IMG/VR virus record: IMGVR_UViG_3300037067_026718
Coordinates: 1 to 64,000 of that record
Direction: 5' to 3' (one strand)
Length of the DNA: 64,000 bases
Source of the DNA: a virus
Taxonomy: Duplodnaviria; Caudoviricetes
Shown here: piece by piece, positions 8,092-16,703 of the stretch
Numbering within the stretch: position 1 is the stretch's first letter
Layout of the letters: each line of letters opens with the position of its first letter
Translations under genes and position numbers: made by a program
The notes under the pieces: generated by a model
Database searches by the model: none
Seen by the model: the letters and a program-made list of their open reading frames with translations, nothing else
Told to the model about the DNA's origin: nothing

Positions 8092-8376
8092 GGCTGGTTC
8101 CTCTCTTGATTTTCATGTTGTCAACGCCCACCCGGGATATCATACGGATGAAGGCAGAGAAAAGGGAGGCCGTCCATGGGTAGTGGCGAGCCTCCCCGCT
8201 TCAAAATGTAAACCCTGTTGTTTACCTGTTTCGTAGCACTGAGAAAAATGAGATTATTCCGCACGACAGAAAACATCTCCCTGCATAAACTTGGTGATTG
8301 CAGTTGATTTTCGTCGGTTGGTATCTGTATCATGGTCTCAGGGGTGATTGACCTTCCGATGTTGATCATTTTCTTT

Positions 8377-8724
8377 TTACTTGTTCGCCAGCAGGGCGGC
8401 CAGGGCGCCGAGGATAGCAGCGCCCCCCAAAGCCACTCCTCTTCTGGTGCCTCCTACAGGAAGGCGATCGATGAGAGAACCAAGTCGTTCCCTTGCTCTG
8501 CCGGCAAGCAGCTCATTAAAGACCACTCCGGTTCCATAGCCAAGGCCGGCACCGACGGCAGCTCTCTCCATGTCAGAGAACTGCCTGGTGTTGTTGGTGA
8601 ACATGAGGGGTACGCTGTACCCTGGTACGTCAAAGGTCTCGAAGGCCTGGTTCTGGTAGAAGGCTTTCTTTACCAACTGGCCCATGAGCTTCAAAGAAGC
8701 TTGCTTGCTGATACGAGAGTTCAT
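8377..8724 (-). CDS. Gly/Ala-rich hydrophobic protein with KxA motifs (possible virion or membrane protein)
   Basis: MNSRISKQAS...VKKAF; AAVGAGLGYGTG; GGAAILGALAALL; GGAGG SD. Confidence 0.65.
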   Translation of the reverse strand: MNSRISKQASLKLMGQLVKKAFYQNQAFETFDVPGYSVPLMFTNNTRQFSDMERAAVGAGLGYGTGVVFNELLAGRARERLGSLIDRLPVGGTRRGVALGGAAILGALAALLANK

Positions 8725-8749
8725 TGTTACCTCCATGGATGACTCACTC

Positions 8750-9001
8750 TCATAATATCTCAAACGGGCTGGGATGCAAGCCGGTATCAGCGAGCTTCCT
8801 TTTGTTGTAGTCATCCAGGGTGTTGTCGAGTTTGATGACCTTGATTTGTTTCTTGGGGGGGTTGGAGGAAACAACACCGATGCCGGTTGTCCTGGATACC
8901 CTGACCTGAGGTATCACTTTGGTTGCGATGTTGGAATCCGCCAGCTTGAGAAAACGATGGTATTTGGCGGGGACAATCTTCTTCAAAATTTCCTTGGTCA
9001 C
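8750..9001 (-). CDS. basic hypothetical protein
   Basis: GTG after GGAGG. Confidence 0.55.
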   Translation of the reverse strand: MTKEILKKIVPAKYHRFLKLADSNIATKVIPQVRVSRTTGIGVVSSNPPKKQIKVIKLDNTLDDYNKRKLADTGLHPSPFEIL

Positions 9002-9067
9002 GGCCCCCTCCAATCTTATGACATGCTTTCTGTTCAGAGTCTCGAGGGGAATATAAACGGACTAGAG

Positions 9068-9096
9068 AAAAAGAAAAAGAGGGGCGGATGCCCCTC
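9068..9096 (-). terminator. intrinsic terminator
   Basis: GAGGGGC/GCCCCTC stem followed by TTTTTCTTTTT. Confidence 0.8.
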
Positions 9097-9099
9097 CTC

Positions 9100-9237
9100 T
9101 TAGTAGACGATGTAGTAGACCGGTACCGGTTTTGGTTTTGGCCTGATGACTTCAACCCAGATCTGGATGGCTGAGACAACAAGCGTGGCGATGACCAGAA
9201 ACAGATCGAATCCATCAACCTTATTACGACGCTTCAT
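9100..9237 (-). CDS. 45-aa single-TM peptide
   Basis: Not in track: MKRRNKVDGFDLFLVIATLVVSAIQIWVEVIRPKPKPVPVYYIVY; AAAGGAGG SD; flanked by promoter-like motif and terminator. Confidence 0.75.
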   Translation of the reverse strand: MKRRNKVDGFDLFLVIATLVVSAIQIWVEVIRPKPKPVPVYYIVY

Positions 9238-9276
9238 GAGAAGCCTCCTTTGAATGGTGACGAGAGATACGAATAA

Positions 9277-9317
9277 TCTCTCAGTATATTTATACCTGTT
9301 TTATCATATTTTTACAC
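9277..9317 (-). promoter_or_regulatory. putative phage promoter, copy 1
   Basis: GTGTAA-N17-TATAAATATACTGAGAGA; same layout at 20163-20203. Confidence 0.6.
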
Positions 9318-9365
9318 ACTACATAAAAGGCTTGAAAATAAAAACGAGCAAGTTAATGTACGGAA

Positions 9366-9538
9366 GCCCCCAAGGATTTCTCCAAGGGGGCCAGGCCGTG
9401 TAACTGCCCCTTGCATACTGACTGTTGCGGGGCCCTGAACAGTCAGCACCCTCTGGACCCAGGACATCCGCTCGAGGGCAGCGGACAGGGTACTCCCCAT
9501 CAAAGTTCGGAGGACTCCGATTGAACTCGATGGGGAGT
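9366..9538 (-). ncRNA. putative multi-stem structured RNA
   Basis: Four adjacent stems plus a possible GCCCC/GGGGC pseudoknot in an intergenic gap. Confidence 0.4.
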
Positions 9539-9556
9539 GATGGTTAAAACGGATCT

Positions 9557-10102
9557 TTAGGGAAGGATCCCCGATCGTCTCGAAGGCGAAAACCGAAGGA
9601 CTGCATCGACAAGCCTGGGCGGAACCGTGAGTAGGTCCGCCATGAACATCATTGGAGCTTCCGAAGAAAGTGCTTCAGTGATGCTCTTGCAGTGAGCAAA
9701 CATAGGGATCAAATGCTCTTCCTTGCGGATCGCATCTATCCCTTCGATGAACGCCTTCGAAGCTGCGGAGATATTCTTGATGGACTCCGGGAAAAACTCA
9801 CCGATATCCTTTTCGTGCTCGAGTATGCACTTGGAGTCCGCCACCAGGAGATCCATGACCAAGAAGAAAACCGCGCCGGCGCTCATGATATCCCTGATGG
9901 AATTGACGCTCGACATATATCGAGCTTTGGAAGGCATGAACACTCCGGATTCCGGAACTGTTGATGCCTGTTCTTCAGCCAGGAGGGAATCAAGCTTGTC
10001 ATCGCCTGCAGCCTTCCTCTGGCTGTCGAGGTAATCGGCAAACTCACCCATCGTCATCCCGGAAGCAGCAAGCTCCCGGATCTTCTCTGCTGTCATGTCC
10101 AT
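9557..10102 (-). CDS. hypothetical protein
   Basis: AAAGGAG SD; 181 aa. Confidence 0.65.
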   Translation of the reverse strand: MDMTAEKIRELAASGMTMGEFADYLDSQRKAAGDDKLDSLLAEEQASTVPESGVFMPSKARYMSSVNSIRDIMSAGAVFFLVMDLLVADSKCILEHEKDIGEFFPESIKNISAASKAFIEGIDAIRKEEHLIPMFAHCKSITEALSSEAPMMFMADLLTVPPRLVDAVLRFSPSRRSGILP

Positions 10103-10132
10103 TGAAGGACTCCTTTCATGCCGGATGGCGCT

Positions 10133-10900
10133 TTAGATGCGGGACTGAATGAAAGCCGCTGCCGATTCTCCGTAGTGCTTCGTAATGACGTCCTGCGTGG
10201 ACATCCCTTCCTCGGAAAGCCCCTCTTGTTCCAACCAGTTGTCCAGATTGATGACGTCTATGGAAAACGTCCCTCTGGCGTTGGTCATCGTTTGGTCGAC
10301 AAACAAAGGAACTCCAGGCAGATACCTTTTGTAGAGGTTGTAGACATCGTGAAGGCTTTCCTTATAGCTGACACCAATCTGACAGGGCATCACAGCGCCT
10401 ACCCCACCGTCGAAAGCGAAGTGGATGATGTCGACATACGAAGAACGGGTATTGCCAAGCTGTACTGCAGCTATGTCCGGTCTTACGAAACGTACGTTCG
10501 GCAGTGCAACGATCTTCTTGTGGTATGCAGTGCCTATGTAAACACCTGGTATCAGGATGTTGTAGCGGATATCCTTATTGCCGGTACCGCCACAGACTTT
10601 GCACTTGGGATTTTCGCAACAGAAGGGGATGATGGGATGATGAAGCTCTCGTCCCCAGGGCTGAAGATTGCTCATCTTCCATTCATCTATGGCGTAAGAA
10701 CCAAGGCGCTGAGCTGTGGAGTCTTCTGTCAACGGTTCAGGATCACACGGCACCCTTACCAAAGCATGGGCATCACTGTAGTACCGGTAATGCTGGTCGC
10801 CATGCTTCAAGACGATGGGCTTGTTGAGCCAGTCCCGAGCCTCCTTCTTGCCGCAGAACCTCAACAGCTTGCGCTCTGTGAGAGGCGGTGCTTTGCTCAT
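10133..10900 (-). CDS. hypothetical protein with CxxCxGxG finger and clamp-like ...GAVMP motif
   Basis: YSDAHALVRV; CKVCGGTG; FAFDGGVGAVMPC. Confidence 0.65.
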   Translation of the reverse strand: MSKAPPLTERKLLRFCGKKEARDWLNKPIVLKHGDQHYRYYSDAHALVRVPCDPEPLTEDSTAQRLGSYAIDEWKMSNLQPWGRELHHPIIPFCCENPKCKVCGGTGNKDIRYNILIPGVYIGTAYHKKIVALPNVRFVRPDIAAVQLGNTRSSYVDIIHFAFDGGVGAVMPCQIGVSYKESLHDVYNLYKRYLPGVPLFVDQTMTNARGTFSIDVINLDNWLEQEGLSEEGMSTQDVITKHYGESAAAFIQSRI

Positions 10901-11067
10901 TTCTTCACCGGCCTTATGCAGCGAACATCAACCGGTCCGTCAACGCCTTCCAGCGTGGCCACAGCATACTTCCAGCCGCGGATCCACTCGACCTTGAGCA
11001 GCTTGTGCTGTCCAACACTGTTTGCGTCAATCACCGGTCGATACTCGACCATATCTCCGATCTTCAC
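10897..11067 (-). CDS. small hypothetical protein (KOW-like start)
   Basis: Not in track: MKIGDMVEYRP...; overlaps both neighbours by 4 nt. Confidence 0.5.
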   Translation of the reverse strand: MKIGDMVEYRPVIDANSVGQHKLLKVEWIRGWKYAVATLEGVDGPVDVRCIRPVKK

Positions 11068-11522
11068 TTTCCTCCCTGCTCGGCCTTGAACGCTGCTTCA
11101 TCGCACGTCGTACACAGGCCGTGGTTGTCGTCGTACGTCCCATCGTCGACGGGTGCCCCGCATCGTATGCAGGGCGCACGGTCGTCAGGGTCTTCCGGCT
11201 CCGGGTCCAAAGCTTCTTCCATGGCGCCGGCGCCGAAGTCTCCCACCTCAACCATGTTCTGAGGAAGCTCGTTGGGCCTTATGCAGATCCAATGAGCTCC
11301 ATCTTCCTCATGGCTGTAGGTGCCGTTCTTGTAGAGACTGACAGCCAGGTCGAAGCAGTCATCAACGCTCAACATGACGTCACCCACAAGAACGGCCTCT
11401 ACGTCACCGGCCATGATCAACAGTCGGTAGATCTCAGCAGGGCTACCTGGTTGTCTCAAAGTGATAGGAACACACCTTGAGTCCGTTGATGTCCCTGATT
11501 GTTCCGCTGCGGGTCTCTCCAT
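11064..11522 (-). CDS. hypothetical protein with C-terminal Zn finger (true start probably downstream)
   Basis: CIRCG...CTTC. Confidence 0.5.
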   Translation of the reverse strand: MERPAAEQSGTSTDSRCVPITLRQPGSPAEIYRLLIMAGDVEAVLVGDVMLSVDDCFDLAVSLYKNGTYSHEEDGAHWICIRPNELPQNMVEVGDFGAGAMEEALDPEPEDPDDRAPCIRCGAPVDDGTYDDNHGLCTTCDEAAFKAEQGGK

Positions 11523-11691
11523 GCCTTATCTCTCTTTCTTTCAACTGGAGGACTACTTCGCCCAGGATCCTTTCGATCTCCTGGACGTTCACGGTCTCCA
11601 GGCCTTCTTCGCCCTGCAGCAGAGAATCGTCCTCTACTTCCACCATCACCCTGAGGACGTACTTTCCCCCGGGCTTGCCTGCCTCACTCAT
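11443..11691 (-). CDS. conserved small phage protein
   Basis: EIERIL...GTIRDINGLKVC. Confidence 0.6.
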   Translation of the reverse strand: MSEAGKPGGKYVLRVMVEVEDDSLLQGEEGLETVNVQEIERILGEVVLQLKEREIRHGETRSGTIRDINGLKVCSYHFETTR

Positions 11692-12944
11692 GGTTCCATC
11701 GCCTCCTCTTGAATGTCCTTCATGGTCGTTAAGAACCGCTCTGCAACGATCTCCTTGAACCTGATGTAGACCTTTCTTTCCTTCGCCAGGTCTTCGGATG
11801 TTGCCTTCAAGCTTTTCTCGAGGTCGTCGATCCTGGCCTTGAGCTTATCATTCTCTCCCGAGTAGGCCTCAGCCAAAGCATCGGATTCGCGCAGCGATGC
11901 TCTCAGCCTGCGGTTGTTCTCCTTCGCACCCTCGAGATCGGTGTGCATCTTTCGAAACAACCTCTCGCGCTCCAGGCTGACCTTCTGCAGAGTTTTCATC
12001 CTGGCCAAGGCAGGCGGAACGACGTGTTCGATCAACTTCAGGCAGTCTGTCGTCCGTCCGAGCTTCGTGTAGAAGTCGGGGTTGAGCAGATCATCCGGCG
12101 ACATACCTTCAAAGTTGAGTTCATCGTTCTCTTCGGAAGTCGGTGGTATGACGGAATCGACAACCGTTCTCTCCGGAGGGCTTACGGATGGCTCTGGGAT
12201 TGGAGGCTCGGCAGGAGGAACGACTTCGGCCTTTGGCGGCAGCGGTGCTTTCACAGCTTGAGGTACGTCGCCTGATACTCGATATTGCTCGATGGCCTTC
12301 TCCTGCACTTCCATGTACCAAAGGAATGCCTCGGAGTAAGTCAAGCCTGCGCACTCTGCTATGGCCCCCAAGGAAGCTTTGGAGAGCAGACCTTTTGTGT
12401 TTGATCGCAGAGCCTGAAGAAGGCTTTCGGATGCCTTTCCTTTGACAAAGGATAGAACCTCAGAAGAAACTAATCCTCTAGTCCCCCATCTATCTGCAAC
12501 TTCTTGCAGATTTACGGTGGGCATTCTGGCGGCAAAATCCTTATCCGAAACTCCGAAGGCTTGAGCCATTTCTCGGAACTGGTCGAAGCTCTTGAAGGGT
12601 CGAAGGACAGTCAATGACCTGGTTTCGTACAGTATCGGATAGCACTTGCACTCGCGCAGTACATCCTTGACACTGCAGCGATCCAATATCGCTTTCCTGA
12701 GCACCAAATACCGAAAGGTTTGGTCGTCTTCCTTCGGTATGTACTCAAGTTCCCGGCACGCAGCCATCCGATCTGCCTTGAAGTAATCAAGGATCTTGAA
12801 AATGGTAAGGAGAGTCGGGATGTTTTTGCCTTTCTCAGCGCTGGCATAAACCGTCCCGAGGTCCTGACAGACCTGTTCTATCGTTAAGCCCTTGGCCTCC
12901 CTCAATATTTTGAGGAAGGCCCCGATCTTCATCTGGCGGGTCAT
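11688..12944 (-). CDS. XRE-type HTH protein with Pro-rich linker and C-terminal coiled coil
   Basis: IGAFLKILREAKGLTIEQVC...AEKGKNIPTLLTIFKI. Confidence 0.75.
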   Translation of the reverse strand: MTRQMKIGAFLKILREAKGLTIEQVCQDLGTVYASAEKGKNIPTLLTIFKILDYFKADRMAACRELEYIPKEDDQTFRYLVLRKAILDRCSVKDVLRECKCYPILYETRSLTVLRPFKSFDQFREMAQAFGVSDKDFAARMPTVNLQEVADRWGTRGLVSSEVLSFVKGKASESLLQALRSNTKGLLSKASLGAIAECAGLTYSEAFLWYMEVQEKAIEQYRVSGDVPQAVKAPLPPKAEVVPPAEPPIPEPSVSPPERTVVDSVIPPTSEENDELNFEGMSPDDLLNPDFYTKLGRTTDCLKLIEHVVPPALARMKTLQKVSLERERLFRKMHTDLEGAKENNRRLRASLRESDALAEAYSGENDKLKARIDDLEKSLKATSEDLAKERKVYIRFKEIVAERFLTTMKDIQEEAMEP

Positions 12945-14005
12945 GACAGGCTGTCAGTCAGAAGGATGTACTCCGCGTTCCAGTTGGCGTTGCCTTTGAG
13001 GACGTTACGGAACGCAAAGTCGCTCCTGCGAGCGATAGCAGCCATCAACTTGCAGCGCTCCGACTCGTCCATTTGAGCGGAAGAATGACTCAGGCTGGCC
13101 AAGAACTTCTTCAGCTTCTTGGCTGACATCGTCTCGATACTGCCTCTTTCCTCCTTGACAGCAGGAGCGTCCGCTGACGCCTCTACGGGCATCTCCACGT
13201 TCTTGGCAAGGGCTATCGGGGCCACAGCCCTGAGCACGTACATGGTGCCCTCAGTGCCGGCGATGATACCGCTGACCAACTGCCCGATCTCGAACTTGAA
13301 GTTGATCTCGGACCGTGGAACTTTCGCCATGGCGCCGGTCTTCAGTCTGACCAGCGTAACGTCGGCTCCGGTATCCATCAAGCCGTCCTTAGCCGGGATA
13401 CTGACTATGCGGCCGGCAACTTCTTCCCCGACCTTGCGCTCGAAGCGCGGGGTGTGGCTCCTCGCCCGGAACTCGTAGTCCGGGGAACCAAGGGAAACCT
13501 TGCCGTTGTCGCGGTCGATGGACACAATTCTGACCTTCAACTCGTCTCCCACCTTGAAGGTCTGGTCTGCCAGACTTCCAAGGTTGGAGAAATGAAGAAG
13601 GCCATCTATATCTTCGTTTATGGCTACAAAGAAGCCGTAGTCCATGCAGGACTTCACGACGCCGTCCTTGAGCTGTCCGACGCAGAGTGTCGATACGGCT
13701 TCCTTCGCCTTTTCTTTGCGAAGCTGCATCAGCACTTCTTTACGGGAGACGATGATGATGGAGTCCTCCCGGTCGGTTTCCACGATCCTGCAGGGAAACG
13801 CTTCCTTCACCTGGGGCATGGATACCCCGGCGATGGAAGACAGGCTCTTCGGCAGGAATCCGCTAAAGCTGTCCATGACGACTACCCGGAAGCCGCCCTT
13901 GACTATCTGGGTTACCGTTGCTTCGACCTCTGCTGCCTGGTCCCTGAGGCTTTCAAGGATGTCCCAGTCCGCCTCTGTGATTCCGACTACCTTCTTCATG
14001 CTCAT
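12941..14005 (-). CDS. rpsA: ribosomal protein S1-like protein (2 clear and 1 degenerate S1 domains)
   Basis: VKGGFRV...GFLPKSL...IIVSRK; GVVKSCMDYGFFV...DGLLHFSNL...KVGDELKVRIVSIDRDNGKVSLG. Confidence 0.85.
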   Translation of the reverse strand: MSMKKVVGITEADWDILESLRDQAAEVEATVTQIVKGGFRVVVMDSFSGFLPKSLSSIAGVSMPQVKEAFPCRIVETDREDSIIIVSRKEVLMQLRKEKAKEAVSTLCVGQLKDGVVKSCMDYGFFVAINEDIDGLLHFSNLGSLADQTFKVGDELKVRIVSIDRDNGKVSLGSPDYEFRARSHTPRFERKVGEEVAGRIVSIPAKDGLMDTGADVTLVRLKTGAMAKVPRSEINFKFEIGQLVSGIIAGTEGTMYVLRAVAPIALAKNVEMPVEASADAPAVKEERGSIETMSAKKLKKFLASLSHSSAQMDESERCKLMAAIARRSDFAFRNVLKGNANWNAEYILLTDSLS

Positions 14006-14036
14006 TACGAGCTCCTTTCAGCCGCATAGCGGCGTC

Positions 14037-14073
14037 AAAAAAAGAGAGGGCCCGGGCATCCACCCGGACCCTC
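14037..14073 (-). terminator. intrinsic terminator in the S1-gene leader
   Basis: GAGGGTCCGGG/CCCGGGCCCTC followed by TCTTTTTTT. Confidence 0.8.
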
Positions 14074-14074
14074 C

Positions 14075-14143
14075 GTTGCTTTATCCCCTGCGGCAACACC
14101 TCCGGTCGGGGTATTCCGGAGCGCAAGACCGGTTATCGGCCTC
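14075..14143 (-). promoter_or_regulatory. three-hairpin leader or small RNA preceding the terminator
   Basis: Stems GAGGCCG/CGGTCTT, CTCCGG/CCGGAG, GTTGC/GCAAC; CCCC and GGGG in complementary loops. Confidence 0.45.
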
Positions 14144-14176
14144 GTTGTTTTTATAACATTTTTTATGAGTTTTAGA

Positions 14177-14252
14177 TGGTGAGTGCGGAGAGAATCGAAC
14201 TCTCGACCACCTGATTAAAAGTCAGGTGCTCTACCAACTGAGCTACGCACTC
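14177..14252 (-). tRNA. trnK: tRNA-Lys(TTT)
   Basis: Canonical 76-nt cloverleaf GAGTGCG...CTTTTAA...CGCACTC-A-CCA. Confidence 0.96.
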
Positions 14253-14258
14253 CTGTCA

Positions 14259-14468
14259 CTAGGGAAGAATACCGCCAAACTTGCTGAAAGTAAAGAACAG
14301 CCGGATTCTCCCATCGAAAGATTCATCTTCATCTTTGATGTTGAACTCTGCCCTGGCCGCTCTTTCTCCTGGCCAGGGCTTGGGATAGCGGGATCGCTGA
14401 TATGTATTGGCAGCCTCTATCTTACGATCTACTGCCTCTCGATACCTTTGCTCTTTGGTCTTGGGCAT
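14259..14468 (-). CDS. hypothetical protein
   Basis: MPKTKEQRYREAV start after AAAGGA. Confidence 0.5.
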   Translation of the reverse strand: MPKTKEQRYREAVDRKIEAANTYQRSRYPKPWPGERAARAEFNIKDEDESFDGRIRLFFTFSKFGGILP

Positions 14469-14469
14469 T

Positions 14470-15384
14470 TCATCCTTCCTGTGCCACACGGACACCTTGT
14501 ATGGCCTCAGCGGCTGCTTGCCAATCAGTGAGATCAAGCTTGCCTATCTTCTCGAGACGACAGAAGAGCGAGTAGACTTCGATTACCATGCCATCCAATG
14601 CCAGGCACCGCAGAAACCGGTCTTCATCGCTGAGAAAAACCAGGACTTTATGGGGGTTGCCGTCGCCGGCATGGTGGTTGATTACGATGTCGCCGAACTT
14701 GAGGCGGTCCTTCATGCCTTTGGCGCCTCCGTTTTGCATGCGATCGTACTGCTCGATGGTCCATAAGATGGCATAGCAGCACCAGATGAAGTGCCAGGTG
14801 TACTCGGTGAGGCCGACTTCGAAGAAGTCCTGAAAGTCGTAGCGCTCAGCGTCATCTTCGGTTTCAGCGCTGAACTGTGCGGCTGCCGATCGCAAGGAAT
14901 GTTCGTATTCCATATGAGGGGAGAGAAATTCCAACGCCTGCTCTCGGATAACGTCAGGCCATTCCGTCATCCAGTCTGCAAGAGCTCGCTTGGCTGTTTC
15001 AGGGGAATACTCCCGTATTCCTTCCCTTCTGTCCACGGCCTGGCATTTTTCCGCCCAGTAGCCGAACGAAATCATCCAGGGTTCCTTGCCGGTTCTGAAG
15101 AACTCGAACATGTCATTCACCCTGGAGAACAGAAAAGCACCCATGTCGCCGGTCACAGCCAGGTAACCAGGCCATGTGGTGATCTCAAAGCTGTGTATAC
15201 TGGTGCCGGGCTTTGCGCATACCAAGTGCCTGAAGACTCCTTGATCCAGCTCCACTGTCACCTCGTGGTCTTTGACGTCCTGCACGAACGCCTCATAGAC
15301 CTCCTTGTAATCCATTTTGCTTTGCCTTCCTTGGGCTTCGGGAGGCAGATTGCCTTCAATCGTATTCGGCAGAGAATACTTCAC
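14470..15384 (-). CDS. conserved phage protein (possibly two fused domains)
   Basis: TWPGYLAVTGDMGAFLFSRVNDMFEFFR...YWAEK...WCCYAI; internal SD and ATG at MKDRLKFG. Confidence 0.75.
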   Translation of the reverse strand: MKYSLPNTIEGNLPPEAQGRQSKMDYKEVYEAFVQDVKDHEVTVELDQGVFRHLVCAKPGTSIHSFEITTWPGYLAVTGDMGAFLFSRVNDMFEFFRTGKEPWMISFGYWAEKCQAVDRREGIREYSPETAKRALADWMTEWPDVIREQALEFLSPHMEYEHSLRSAAAQFSAETEDDAERYDFQDFFEVGLTEYTWHFIWCCYAILWTIEQYDRMQNGGAKGMKDRLKFGDIVINHHAGDGNPHKVLVFLSDEDRFLRCLALDGMVIEVYSLFCRLEKIGKLDLTDWQAAAEAIQGVRVAQEG

Positions 15385-15387
15385 GAT

Positions 15388-15801
15388 TTATCCTTTCTTG
15401 AAGGTGTACCCTTCGACCTTTAAGACTGGGTTTGTGCTTTGGTGCCTGAGCACAAAGCGCTTGGTACGATCGATCTGCTCTGAATGGATGTCGAACCATA
15501 AAGCCCTATGCAACTTGGATGCTATTGAGCGCAGGTCGTCTCCCTGCAGATCTCCCTCGATTCGGTACTCCATTGCTATGGCAATGAAGAGAGTCGGTTC
15601 CTGGGGTTGTTCTTCTGAAGGCTCGATCTCGGGATCGTTTGCATTCCTGTTCTTGAGGGCTTTGTCGATGGCGGCGTTGTTGTAGTGTTCCGATAGATAC
15701 TCCCAGACTCCTGGGATCCTGGCAACTGCGGCCATTCCGTCTTCGGTTGCCAGGTCTAACACAGCCTGATCGAACTCGGCGTCAGTGATCTGCTTTCCCA
15801 C
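15388..15801 (-). CDS. hypothetical protein
   Basis: IPGVWEYLSEHYNNA motif. Confidence 0.6.
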   Translation of the reverse strand: MGKQITDAEFDQAVLDLATEDGMAAVARIPGVWEYLSEHYNNAAIDKALKNRNANDPEIEPSEEQPQEPTLFIAIAMEYRIEGDLQGDDLRSIASKLHRALWFDIHSEQIDRTKRFVLRHQSTNPVLKVEGYTFKKG

Positions 15802-16267
15802 GATCTTTCCCTTCTGCCAACATCAACATGAATGTCGGTTCTTCACCGCGGTTTAGCTTCGGAAGCTCTTCAGCACTCCACTGGGCCATGGTGCGGCCAG
15901 TTGGAAGCATAAGGTCTCCCAGAAACTCTTTCTCAATTGACGAGCCTATGGAGCACATCTCCATCTTTGCTTTCACCGAAATGAGAAGCACCCTGGCTCG
16001 GCGCCGGTATTCGTCCTCGTACGCTTTCTTGATGCCATCAGAGGTCCTCCTCTGCCTGGTTGCCGGCAGTTCGAAGTTTCCTTCGTCTGGAGGGATGACG
16101 CTCATCTTGTAGCTGTACCCACCGTGGGCGAACATGATCTGGTGGACTCCACGTTCAACGGCAAAGGCGTACGAAGAACATCCGTGCGCCTTCAGCACTG
16201 ACAAGATCTCAGCCATGGTTCGCTCAATGGGTACGGAAGTACCTTCAGCGTACTTTTTCTGCGTCAT
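15782..16267 (-). CDS. conserved phage protein
   Basis: YAEGTSVP...RVLLISVKAKME...EFLGDLMLPTGRT. Confidence 0.7.
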   Translation of the reverse strand: MTQKKYAEGTSVPIERTMAEILSVLKAHGCSSYAFAVERGVHQIMFAHGGYSYKMSVIPPDEGNFELPATRQRRTSDGIKKAYEDEYRRRARVLLISVKAKMEMCSIGSSIEKEFLGDLMLPTGRTMAQWSAEELPKLNRGEEPTFMLMLAEGKDRGKADH

Positions 16268-16703
16268 GCCGTTCCTCCATAATCTCATCGAAGGCCTTCA
16301 GGCCTTCTTTCGTCAGCCGGTAGAAGGGATCAGGAACGAAGGACTTCTTGCCTACGCACTCCATGAGCCCTTTCTCGACCAAAGCCAACAGCTCGGGGTT
16401 GTCTCCGCAGTAAAGCCCCTGTGCAGCCCTGGTGGCAGTATGGACGATGATTTCCTTTTCCTCGGCGGTAAGAGCTGTCCTTTCCGGAGCAAGAACCATC
16501 ATCTCAGGAAAATAGACTCGCTCAGCCGGTCCATCGCAATCAATCCTTCGAAATTTGGTGATCTCCTCGCTGAGCTCAGGATCCAGGCCTCTGATGTGGT
16601 TGTTCAAAGCCGTGTAGGCTTCTCCGGAGAGGTCGTCATTTCCAGCCATGAGAAGGTTGACGAGATCAACCAGCTTGGCCCTTTGCTCTGTCCAGTTAAG
16701 CAT
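16245..16703 (-). CDS. hypothetical protein with winged-helix-like C-terminus
   Basis: LVEKGLM...YRLTKEG; N-terminus similar to 40240-40671. Confidence 0.6.
   Translation of the reverse strand: MLNWTEQRAKLVDLVNLLMAGNDDLSGEAYTALNNHIRGLDPELSEEITKFRRIDCDGPAERVYFPEMMVLAPERTALTAEEKEIIVHTATRAAQGLYCGDNPELLALVEKGLMECVGKKSFVPDPFYRLTKEGLKAFDEIMEERHDAEKVR

Noticed and set aside
8121-8369. 82-aa ORF (and similarly 54857-55111, 55111-55374)
   Set aside because: No clear SD or motifs; they overlap hairpin or AT-rich regulatory-looking DNA, so they were not called as genes.
14075-14176. tRNA-associated theta (HDV-like) ribozyme after tRNA-Lys
   Set aside because: The structure begins over 30 nt from the CCA, and I could not build the nested double pseudoknot.
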